Of a stretch of 32,000 nucleotides of DNA, positions 9,515 to 16,683 are shown piece after piece. Below the pieces are notes generated by a model. The model was not told the origin of the DNA, made no database searches, and saw only the letters and a list, made by a program, of their open reading frames with translations. Both the position numbers and the translations under genes were made by a program. The stretch comes from Pseudomonadota bacterium (lineage in GTDB: Bacteria; Pseudomonadota; Gammaproteobacteria; Pseudomonadales; Oceanobacteraceae), in NCBI GenBank assembly GCA_030145845.1, contig JAIXHJ010000003.1, positions 92,426 through 124,425 of the forward strand, in the 5' to 3' direction. Each line of letters begins with the position of its first letter. Position 1 is the first letter of the stretch.

Positions 9515-10335
9515 TGGGTAGCGGAACGGTCAGCCTCAGCGCCGCTCCTGATGTGCTGCGCAGTGCGTTGGCTGATCTGCTGACGCAGCAACCTTCCCAC
9601 CAGGCTGCCCGCCTTGCCGGGCAGCAGGCGGATACGCCGGGAACGGCATTTTTCTGTGGATATCAGGCGGCCATGCGCTGTCTGGTGCCGGCGCTGCCCG
9701 CTGATCTCTGGGCCGCTTTCTGTATTTCCGAGCGCGGGCTGCGCTCTCTGTCAGCGATGCAGACCCATTACCTTGACGGGCACCTGTATGGTGGCAAATC
9801 CCATGTGATGCTGGCCGGTCAGGGGCTGGATCGTCTGTATGTGGTAGCACTGGATGAACAGCAGCGGCTGGTGTGCGTGCAGGTGGACGCCACGGCCAGC
9901 GGACTGCGTGCGGAAGCGCCCGGGAAAGCGCAGTCGTTTCTGCCGGAAGTACCGCATTTCCCGGTGACATTCGATGGTGTTGCGGTCAGTGCGCTGATCT
10001 CCACCGATGCCCACCGGCAGCTGAACCGGCCTTTCCGTTACTGGGAAGATGTGCATGTCGCACTGGCCATGGCCGGCTGGATGAATGCGCGGACAGAAGC
10101 GGCGGCGCTGGCGGCCGCCGCTGATGAGCTGGCAGCCGCTTATGCCTCACAGCCCGGTGGCTACGGTCTGCCGGCTCTGGATCGGCTGGAGTCTCTGCTG
10201 CAACGTCTGGATCAGGCGGCAGCGGGGCTGACCGCTGAGGATAACAAGCACTGGCAGCGTGACCGCATGCTGTTAGTGCTGGGACAGCCGCTGCGCCAAC
10301 GTATCCGGGCCGGTCTCAGCGCACCGTCACCCTGA
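9514..10335 (+). CDS. Uncharacterised protein with divergent acyl-CoA dehydrogenase middle-domain-like features
   Basis: Start codon overlaps the previous stop (TGATG at 9512-9516). YLDGHLYGGKSHVMLAGQGLDRLYVVALDEQQRLVCVQVDATASGL...SFLPEVPHFPVTFDGVAV resembles the ACAD beta-domain pattern (G.K.....A..aD...V........V.V....G......P.....vpH..v.Fd.V.V). Confidence 0.6.
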   Translation: MGSGTVSLSAAPDVLRSALADLLTQQPSHQAARLAGQQADTPGTAFFCGYQAAMRCLVPALPADLWAAFCISERGLRSLSAMQTHYLDGHLYGGKSHVMLAGQGLDRLYVVALDEQQRLVCVQVDATASGLRAEAPGKAQSFLPEVPHFPVTFDGVAVSALISTDAHRQLNRPFRYWEDVHVALAMAGWMNARTEAAALAAAADELAAAYASQPGGYGLPALDRLESLLQRLDQAAAGLTAEDNKHWQRDRMLLVLGQPLRQRIRAGLSAPSP

Positions 10336-10693
10336 CTGATGCCGCCGCTGGCGGGGTAAAGGAAGGCAAGGGTTGCTCTGCTTCCTGTTGTTCTGTTTCC
10401 GGTGCTGGCCGGTAGCCGGCATTGTAACGGGCCGCATCGGTGGGGTTCAGGCCGGCAGCCTGGCCAGGCGTTGCGATCAGGGTGTCGGCCATTTCCTGAT
10501 TCAGCAGCCGTGGAATGGGAATGCTCTGAGAGGTTGAGCGGTTATAACGCAGGGCATGGCTGTAGTCATAATGATGTGTGCGCTGACGGGCTTCTTCCAC
10601 GGCAGTGAAAATATCCGCTGCATAGTAATTATCCTGTGGCGAAGCGGCGCCGGGCAGTGGCAGCAGTATCATCAGCAGGCAGGCTCTGAACAT
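10316..10693 (-). CDS. Small secreted protein of unknown function, paralogue of the neighbouring 10703..11203 gene
   Basis: Signal peptide MFRACLLMILLPLPGAAS; YYAADIFTAVEEARQRTHHYDYSHALRYNRSTSQSIPIPRLLNQEMADTLI aligns with the neighbour. The 3' end overlaps the convergent 9514..10335 ORF by 20 nt. Confidence 0.65.
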   Translation of the reverse strand: MFRACLLMILLPLPGAASPQDNYYAADIFTAVEEARQRTHHYDYSHALRYNRSTSQSIPIPRLLNQEMADTLIATPGQAAGLNPTDAARYNAGYRPAPETEQQEAEQPLPSFTPPAAASVRVTVR

Positions 10694-10702
10694 TATGCCT
10701 CC

Positions 10703-11203
10703 TCACGGACGGGCCGAAGCTTTGATGGAAACCGACGCGCGGACGTTACTCACACGGCTGTCTTTCGAACGTGCTTCGCGGATATAAATATCCGATCCTT
10801 GGCTTTCAAATTCGTCTTCGCTGTCCGGCTCTTCCTGATTGTTTTCATCGCTCAGCGTGCGTCGTACCTGGCGGCCGAGAGAGGCATCCCGCAATGGCTG
10901 CTGAGCTTCCACGGCGGCGGCTTCACCGGCTGCGGTGGGGCCCATGGCACCTTCGATCACTTCGTTATCCATTTCGGAATTCAGCATTCTGGGCAGGGCA
11001 AAACTGCGTGAGGTTGAGCGGTTGTACCAGGAGGCACCAACGTATTCGGTATCCACCGGATTGCTTCTGGCCGCCGATACGGCGTCATCAATATTCTGTG
11101 AATAGTAGGCGGTGGCAGACGTGTCGGCCTGCAGGTCAGGGCAGCAGGCGATGGCGGTCAGGGCGGTGAGAACACCCGTCAGCCGGGACCAGGATGTTTC
11201 CAT
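10703..11203 (-). CDS. Small secreted protein of unknown function, YNRSTS-motif paralogue
   Basis: Start at internal ATG 11201-11203 (METSWSRLTGVLTALTAIACCPDLQAD signal-peptide-like) with AAAGGG upstream; YYSQNIDDAVSAARSNPVDTEYVGASWYNRSTSRSFALPRMLNSEMDNEVIEG. Confidence 0.65.
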   Translation of the reverse strand: METSWSRLTGVLTALTAIACCPDLQADTSATAYYSQNIDDAVSAARSNPVDTEYVGASWYNRSTSRSFALPRMLNSEMDNEVIEGAMGPTAAGEAAAVEAQQPLRDASLGRQVRRTLSDENNQEEPDSEDEFESQGSDIYIREARSKDSRVSNVRASVSIKASARP

Positions 11204-11300
11204 ATTCTGAACCCTTTTGTTTTTGTTATTTTTTGTAATTGTGTCATCATAGCAGCCGTCCCGGAATGTGTACACAGCCTGTAAAGGCCGGAAAATAATA

Positions 11301-11984
11301 ATGATAAAAATACTCTCACTTTTGTCCGCAGCGGCCGTTCTGCTGCTGAGCGGATGTACAGTTCACCAGTCAATCGGCGACAGTTTCGGCTCCTATGTAG
11401 CGGAACCCGACGGCCAGAGTTTCCGCCCGGTCGGCCAGCGCTGGGACTATGAACATACCGCCCTGCTTTACGTCTACCGTCCGGCGACCGAATGGTCGAT
11501 GGATGAGCTGGAAAGCCCCAGTTTTAACGTCGCTGATGAGCGCCTGTTCAATGTGAAGGGCGGTGGTTACACCTGGTATGAAATGCAGCCCGGTAGCTAT
11601 GACATTGTGATGCGGCGCGGGCTGCTGGGTCTGGAAGGCATCGGCGGTTTTGACCTCAAGGTCATTGCCAGGCTGGTACTCGACGTGCAGGTGGGTAAGG
11701 TCTATTACCTGCGTTATTCCGAGGTGGATCCGCCGCAGATTGATCCTGAAGCAGAGACCGTACCGCTGGGCGATGGTCCACTGCAGCTGGTATCACCGGC
11801 GCTGGCGATGACGGAGCTGCCGCTGACGCATATGATTCACCACGGCCGGGGCATGCTGACGCCGGAGCAGGCGCCGCAACAGCAGGCTGCTGTGAGTCCG
11901 GAGCAGGAAGCGGACACGGCTGATGAAACGGATACGGTGAATTCCGGAGGTGGGACTAAAGGCGGGGACTGGTGGCCGTTTTAG
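11301..11984 (+). CDS. Predicted lipoprotein, DUF2846-like
   Basis: MIKILSLLSAAAVLLLSGC lipobox; YEHTALLYVYRPATEW..., GGYTWYEMQPGSYDIVM, LDVQVGKVYYLRY pattern resembles DUF2846-like lipoproteins. Confidence 0.65.
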   Translation: MIKILSLLSAAAVLLLSGCTVHQSIGDSFGSYVAEPDGQSFRPVGQRWDYEHTALLYVYRPATEWSMDELESPSFNVADERLFNVKGGGYTWYEMQPGSYDIVMRRGLLGLEGIGGFDLKVIARLVLDVQVGKVYYLRYSEVDPPQIDPEAETVPLGDGPLQLVSPALAMTELPLTHMIHHGRGMLTPEQAPQQQAAVSPEQEADTADETDTVNSGGGTKGGDWWPF

Positions 11985-12110
11985 AGCTGCCCCGGGTGAG
12001 GTACAATACGCCCCGCTTTTTGCGCCCACTGAGTGGGCGTTGTCACGCCCGCCAGCTGCCAGAGCCGGGCGGATGCCGGCCGCCGGCTTAATCCTGAGAG
12101 AGAATTCACC

Positions 12111-13619
12111 ATGACTGTGATCAAGCAAGAAGATCTGATCCAGAGCGTAGCTGATGCTCTGCAGTACATCTCCTACTACCATCCGAAAGATTTTATCGAC
12201 GCTGTTAACGAAGCGTACGAGCGTGAAGAGTCCAAGGCCGCCAAAGATGCCATGGCTCAGATTCTGATCAACTCCCGCATGTGTGCCATGGGCCACCGCC
12301 CGATCTGTCAGGATACCGGTATCGTGACCGTGTTCCTGACCATTGGTATGGACGTAAAGTTTGAAGGCGATATGAGCGTGGAAGATATGTGTAATGAAGG
12401 CGTACGCCGTGCTTACACCCACCCTGATAACGTGCTGCGCGCCTCCGTGCTGGCCGATCCTGACGGTGCCCGTAAGAATACCAAAGACAACACGCCGGCC
12501 ATCATTCACATGAAACTGGTACCGGGTAATACCGTTGACGTCCATGTGGCGGCCAAAGGTGGTGGTTCTGAAGCCAAATCCAAGTTCGCTATGCTGAATC
12601 CGTCTGATGATGTGGTGGAGTGGGTACTGAAGCAGATCCCGACCATGGGTGCCGGCTGGTGTCCGCCGGGCATGCTGGGTATCGGTATCGGCGGTACCGC
12701 TGAAAAAGCCATGATGCTGGCCAAAGAATCCCTGCTGGAGCCGATTGATATTCACGAACTGCAGGCCCGTGGTGCACAGAACCGTGCCGAAGAACTGCGT
12801 CTGGAACTGTTCGATAAGGTAAACAAGCTGGGTATCGGTGCTCAGGGCCTGGGTGGTCTGACCACCGTACTGGATGTGAAAGTGATGGATTATCCGACCC
12901 ATGCGGCGAACAAACCGGTGGCGATCATCCCGAACTGTGCCGCAACCCGTCACACCCACTTCACCCTGGATGGTACTGGCCCGGCGAAACTGGAAGCCCC
13001 GAAACTGGAAGACTGGCCGGAAATTACCTGGGAAGTGGGTGATTCCGTGCGTCGCGTGAATCTGGATACGGTGACGCCGGAAGACGTGAAAGACTGGAAA
13101 ACCGGTGAGACCATTCTGCTGTCCGGTAAAATGCTGACTGGCCGTGACGCGGCACACAAGCGTATGGTTGATATGATCTCCAAAGGCGAAGAGCTGCCGG
13201 TGGATCTGAAGGGCCGCTTTATCTATTACGTGGGTCCGGTGGATCCGGTACGCGAAGAAGTGGTTGGTCCTGCCGGTCCGACAACGGCTACCCGTATGGA
13301 TAAATTCACCCGCACCGTGCTGGAAAAAACCGGCCTGCTGGGCATGATCGGTAAATCCGAACGTGGTCAGATTGCGATTGATGCCATCAAAGACAACGAA
13401 GCCGTTTACCTGATGGCTGTTGGTGGCGCTGCTTATCTGGTGTCGCAGGCAATCAAGGCGTCGAAAGTGGTTGGCTTTGACGATCTGGGCATGGAAGCTA
13501 TCTATGAATTTGACGTTCAGGATATGCCGGTGACCGTGGCCGTGGATACCAAAGGTGAGTCTGTTCACCGTACGGGTCCGCAGCAATGGTATGCCAAGAT
13601 CAACGCTACTGAGGTGTAA
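12111..13619 (+). CDS. Fumarate hydratase, class I (iron-sulfur, fused alpha/beta)
   Basis: INSRMCAMGHRPICQDTGIVTVFLTIGMDV, MGAGWCPPGMLGIGIGGTAEKAMMLAKESL, PNCAATRHTHFTLDGTGPAKLE, GRDAAHKRM, YYVGPVDPVREEVVGPAGPTTATRMDKFT; RBS GAGAGAG. Start ATG 12111. Confidence 0.97.
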   Translation: MTVIKQEDLIQSVADALQYISYYHPKDFIDAVNEAYEREESKAAKDAMAQILINSRMCAMGHRPICQDTGIVTVFLTIGMDVKFEGDMSVEDMCNEGVRRAYTHPDNVLRASVLADPDGARKNTKDNTPAIIHMKLVPGNTVDVHVAAKGGGSEAKSKFAMLNPSDDVVEWVLKQIPTMGAGWCPPGMLGIGIGGTAEKAMMLAKESLLEPIDIHELQARGAQNRAEELRLELFDKVNKLGIGAQGLGGLTTVLDVKVMDYPTHAANKPVAIIPNCAATRHTHFTLDGTGPAKLEAPKLEDWPEITWEVGDSVRRVNLDTVTPEDVKDWKTGETILLSGKMLTGRDAAHKRMVDMISKGEELPVDLKGRFIYYVGPVDPVREEVVGPAGPTTATRMDKFTRTVLEKTGLLGMIGKSERGQIAIDAIKDNEAVYLMAVGGAAYLVSQAIKASKVVGFDDLGMEAIYEFDVQDMPVTVAVDTKGESVHRTGPQQWYAKINATEV

Positions 13620-13634
13620 CGCCTCAGGGTGATA

Positions 13635-13660
13635 AGAAAGGCGCTGCGGCGCTTTTTTTG
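13635..13660 (+). terminator. Likely Rho-independent terminator after fumarase
   Basis: GAAAGGCGC-TGCG-GCGCTTTTTTTG directly downstream of the stop codon. Confidence 0.75.
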
Positions 13661-13764
13661 TGCCTGAAAGGCCTGCTCAGGTCAGTATTCTGGCCCGTTC
13701 TGCCTGTTCTGATATCCACCTGAAGGCGCATACTGTGCCTTCCGGTGAATGGGCGGAGAAAATA

Positions 13765-14091
13765 ATGAATAACGATCTGATCAACGAACAGGAACTGGCC
13801 GTCTGGCTGGCTGAACACAGCGACTGGCAGGTTAAGGACAGCGACGGTGTTCCTGCCCTGTACCGGCATATTCTGTTAACGGATTTCAGCTGTGCCATGC
13901 ATCTGGCCAACCAGATTGCTGTACTGGCTGAGCAGCAGGATCACCACCCACAGCTGCAGCTGGCGTGGGGCTGGCTCGACGTGTTGTGGTGGAGCCACGA
14001 TGTGAAGGGAATTTCACGCCGTGACCTGAACCTGGCCGTGATGACCGACCGGGCGCTGGCGGAACTGAAACGCCGTATGCACGCCGCCTGA
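13765..14091 (+). CDS. 4a-hydroxytetrahydrobiopterin dehydratase-like (PCD/DCoH family)
   Basis: MNNDLINEQELAVWLAEHSDWQV...LANQIAVLAEQQDHHPQLQLAWGWLDVLWWSHDVKGISRRDLNLAVMTDR; family motif HHP-x(n)-WSHD...G.s..D..lA. Start at ATG 13765. Confidence 0.82.
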   Translation: MNNDLINEQELAVWLAEHSDWQVKDSDGVPALYRHILLTDFSCAMHLANQIAVLAEQQDHHPQLQLAWGWLDVLWWSHDVKGISRRDLNLAVMTDRALAELKRRMHAA

Positions 14092-14097
14092 TTCTGC

Positions 14098-14451
14098 TCA
14101 GCGGCGGATACCGATCCCCTCAACCAGCATGGCCGTGCCTTCGCAGCCGGCCGTGCTGACCCTCAGTGTTGCCTGTTGTGCAAACGCATCCCTGACCAGC
14201 TGGAATTTCCTTTCCGCAACCTCGCTGTAGCGGCTGTAGGCACGGAAGCGGTTGGATGCTTTGCCACCACAGCGGTGCAGTTTCTCTGAGCTGAAGAACT
14301 CAAACGGCGCACTTCTTTCGTCTTCTGTCTGGTAAACAGCAATAACTTTCACACTGACATAATCGCTGGCATATACCTCCGTAATCCCTCCTGCACTGAG
14401 CGCGAGTGATGAAAAAATATACGCTGTGGTTTTCAGCTTGCTGGCAATCAT
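14098..14451 (-). CDS. Small secreted protein of unknown function
   Basis: N-terminal signal-like MIASKLKTTAYIFSSLALSAGGITEVYA; two cysteines in the mature part. No family recognised. Confidence 0.5.
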   Translation of the reverse strand: MIASKLKTTAYIFSSLALSAGGITEVYASDYVSVKVIAVYQTEDERSAPFEFFSSEKLHRCGGKASNRFRAYSRYSEVAERKFQLVRDAFAQQATLRVSTAGCEGTAMLVEGIGIRR

Positions 14452-14547
14452 AACGTGTGCGTTCCTGAAGAGTTTTTTGGGTCCGGTTATCAGGCGCTTA
14501 GTGTAGATGAGACAGCGCTGCTTTTCTTATTGATAACTGTAATTTTA

Positions 14548-14587
14548 TTGTCTTGTTTTTGTCACAAAACTGCACGCGGATTGTCAT
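14548..14587 (+). promoter_or_regulatory. Candidate PhoB-binding (Pho-box-like) array upstream of the PhoX-like gene
   Basis: Direct repeats in 11-nt phase: TTGTCTT (14548-14554), TTGTCAC (14559-14565), weak CTGCACG (14570-14576), TTGTCAT (14581-14587); compare the PhoB half-site CTGTCAT every 11 nt. Possible -10 TAGCCT at 14598-14603. Confidence 0.5.
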
Positions 14588-14637
14588 TTTCCTGCTCTAG
14601 CCTACGCGCTCGGGGAAATAAATCCTTTTTATAACCT

Positions 14638-16620
14638 ATGAGAGAGATGGCTATGAAATTCCTGGAAAAGAATCGCCTGGCTCAGGCGGTCGCGGTTTCC
14701 ACGCTGACAGCAATGCTGGCAGCCTGTGGTGGCAGCAGTAGCAGCAGTAATGACAGCACCAGCGGTGATAATTCAACCGTAACTTCAACAACTGCCTTTA
14801 CCGCCAGCACTGCCTGCCCGAACGGTGGTATCACTGTTGAAAGTGGTATCGACGAAAACGGTAACGGTGTTCTGGACGCAAGCGAAGTCGATAACACTCA
14901 GGAAGTGTGTAACGGTTCTGATGGTGAAGACCTGACTGTTGCGGATCACACCACAGCAACTTACGGTACTGATCTGGTTTTCTCCGGTGTAAGTGCTCCG
15001 GCTACTGACGCTGAAAAACGTACAATCACGGCATCTGATGCTGTTATTAACGAGACTGTTTTCGGTGGCACGTACAACACTCTGGCCCGCTCCGGTACTG
15101 ACTACAACGGTGTGACTTTCGGTCAGCTGGTAAACGAGTCCGGCACTGTACTGCAGAGCACTGATGGCAGCATCAATGTCACCAACTCCAACGAACACAC
15201 TTCTCTGCTGCCGATCGGTGACAAACTGTTCTCCGTGTCACAGATGGAATCCACTCCGGGTGCAATGTTCCTGATGGAACTGAACCAGGATGATGAAACC
15301 GGTGCTCTGTCGGTTAAAAACATGACACAGATTGATCAGTCCGGCGTTAATGGTGGCTGGGTGCACTGTGCGGCTTCTGTGACGCCATGGACCACACACC
15401 TGGCTTCAGAAGAATACGAACCGAATGCCCGTAAACCGGACAGCGGTCAGCGCGGTATGCTGTCTTACTACGAAGACGAAGCTGACTGGAACCCCTACTT
15501 CTACGGCTGGAATATTGAAATTGAAGTCTCAGAAGATTCCTCAACTGAGCTGACCAAGCACTATGCCATGGGTCGTCTGGCGTTCGAACTGGCATACGTC
15601 ATGCCTGACTCCAAAACCGCTTACATGACTGATGACGGCACCAATGTCGGCTTCTTTATGTTTGTTGCTGATACGGCCGGCGATCTGAGTGCAGGTACCC
15701 TGTACGCGGCCAAGTGGACTCAGACTTCCGGTGACAATGGTGGTGCAGCAGATATCAGCTGGATCGACCTGGGTCATGCTTCTGACGATGATATCCTGCC
15801 ATATGTGGTTGGTACCGATACCCAGGCGCAGCTGGCCTTCACCGATCTGTTTGAAACAGAAGATGTTGTCAGCGGTGCCTGCAGCACTGACGGCTTCACT
15901 TATGTGAATACAGCGAGTGGTGGTGCAGAGTGTCTGAAAGTGGTTGACGGTATGGAAACTCTGGCTTCCCGTATGGAAACCCGCCGCTACGCTGCTGTTC
16001 AGGGCGCTTCTATTGAATTCAAGAAAGAAGAAGGTGTGACCTTCGATCCGGTACGCAGCAAACTGTACGTTGGTATGTCCAGTGTCGGCAGTGGTATGAG
16101 CGATACCAGTGGTGATATTCAGCTGGCTGAAGGTAATTCCTGTGGCATCGTCTATGAACTGGATGTGGCTGCTGACACCAATATCGGTTCCAGCTATGTT
16201 GCCAACAACATGAGCGCTATGGTTCTGGGTCGTCCGGTTTCTGCTGAAGATCCTCAGGTTGCCGGTTATGAAGATAACAACAGCTGCCACATTGATGGTA
16301 TCGCTAACCCGGATAACGTTACCTACATGTCCGGTTACGATAAGCTGATTATCGGTGAAGATACCGGTGGTGGTCACCAGAATGACGTGATCTGGGCTTA
16401 TGAGTTTGATGATGAGTCCCTGACCCGTATTCAGACTACTCCTTACGGTGCAGAAACCACGTCGCCATACTGGTACCCGAACATTAATGGCTGGGCTTAC
16501 CTGATGTCTGTGGTACAGCATCCATATGGCGAGTCTGACTCGGATAAAAATACCGGTGCCGGCGAAGAATATGCTTACACTGGTTATATCGGTCCTTTCC
16601 CGGGTGTAACCGAAGAGTAA
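14638..16620 (+). CDS. PhoX-like (DUF839) predicted lipoprotein
   Basis: Lipobox LTAMLAAC; Ser/Thr-rich linker; Cys-bracketed CPNGGITVESGIDENGNGVLDASEVDNTQEVCNG (EF-hand-like); KHYAMGRLAFELAYVMPDSKTAYMTDDGTNVGFFMFVAD...GTLYAAKW...EGVTFDPVRSKLYVGMSSVGSG...GIVYELDV, a DUF839/PhoX-type pattern. Actual start may be ATG 14647 or 14653 after AGAGAG. Confidence 0.8.
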   Translation: MREMAMKFLEKNRLAQAVAVSTLTAMLAACGGSSSSSNDSTSGDNSTVTSTTAFTASTACPNGGITVESGIDENGNGVLDASEVDNTQEVCNGSDGEDLTVADHTTATYGTDLVFSGVSAPATDAEKRTITASDAVINETVFGGTYNTLARSGTDYNGVTFGQLVNESGTVLQSTDGSINVTNSNEHTSLLPIGDKLFSVSQMESTPGAMFLMELNQDDETGALSVKNMTQIDQSGVNGGWVHCAASVTPWTTHLASEEYEPNARKPDSGQRGMLSYYEDEADWNPYFYGWNIEIEVSEDSSTELTKHYAMGRLAFELAYVMPDSKTAYMTDDGTNVGFFMFVADTAGDLSAGTLYAAKWTQTSGDNGGAADISWIDLGHASDDDILPYVVGTDTQAQLAFTDLFETEDVVSGACSTDGFTYVNTASGGAECLKVVDGMETLASRMETRRYAAVQGASIEFKKEEGVTFDPVRSKLYVGMSSVGSGMSDTSGDIQLAEGNSCGIVYELDVAADTNIGSSYVANNMSAMVLGRPVSAEDPQVAGYEDNNSCHIDGIANPDNVTYMSGYDKLIIGEDTGGGHQNDVIWAYEFDDESLTRIQTTPYGAETTSPYWYPNINGWAYLMSVVQHPYGESDSDKNTGAGEEYAYTGYIGPFPGVTEE

Positions 16621-16639
16621 TATTCTGGCAGTAACCTCA

Positions 16640-16667
16640 GAGGGCGGGATTATCCCGCCCTTTTTTA
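16640..16667. terminator. Rho-independent terminator-like hairpin between the PhoX-like and diheme genes
   Basis: AGGGCGGGA-TTA-TCCCGCCCTTTTTT. Confidence 0.82.
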
Positions 16668-16683
16668 TGTGTGAGAGGTTGTT

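Noticed and set aside
11793-13586. 597-aa minus-strand ORF antisense to fumarase
   Set aside because: Fully overlaps the clearly conserved class I fumarase. The translation is His/Arg/Gln-rich with no domain features, typical of an antisense shadow ORF in GC-rich, biased codon usage.
14740-14800. Serine-codon repeat (AGC/AGT tract) in the PhoX-like gene
   Set aside because: Ordinary low-complexity linker after a lipobox. Not a structured repeat array or phase-variable tract.
15541-16521. 326-aa minus-strand ORF inside the PhoX-like gene
   Set aside because: Antisense to a well-supported coding sequence and low-complexity in character. No plausible start/RBS context or domain.
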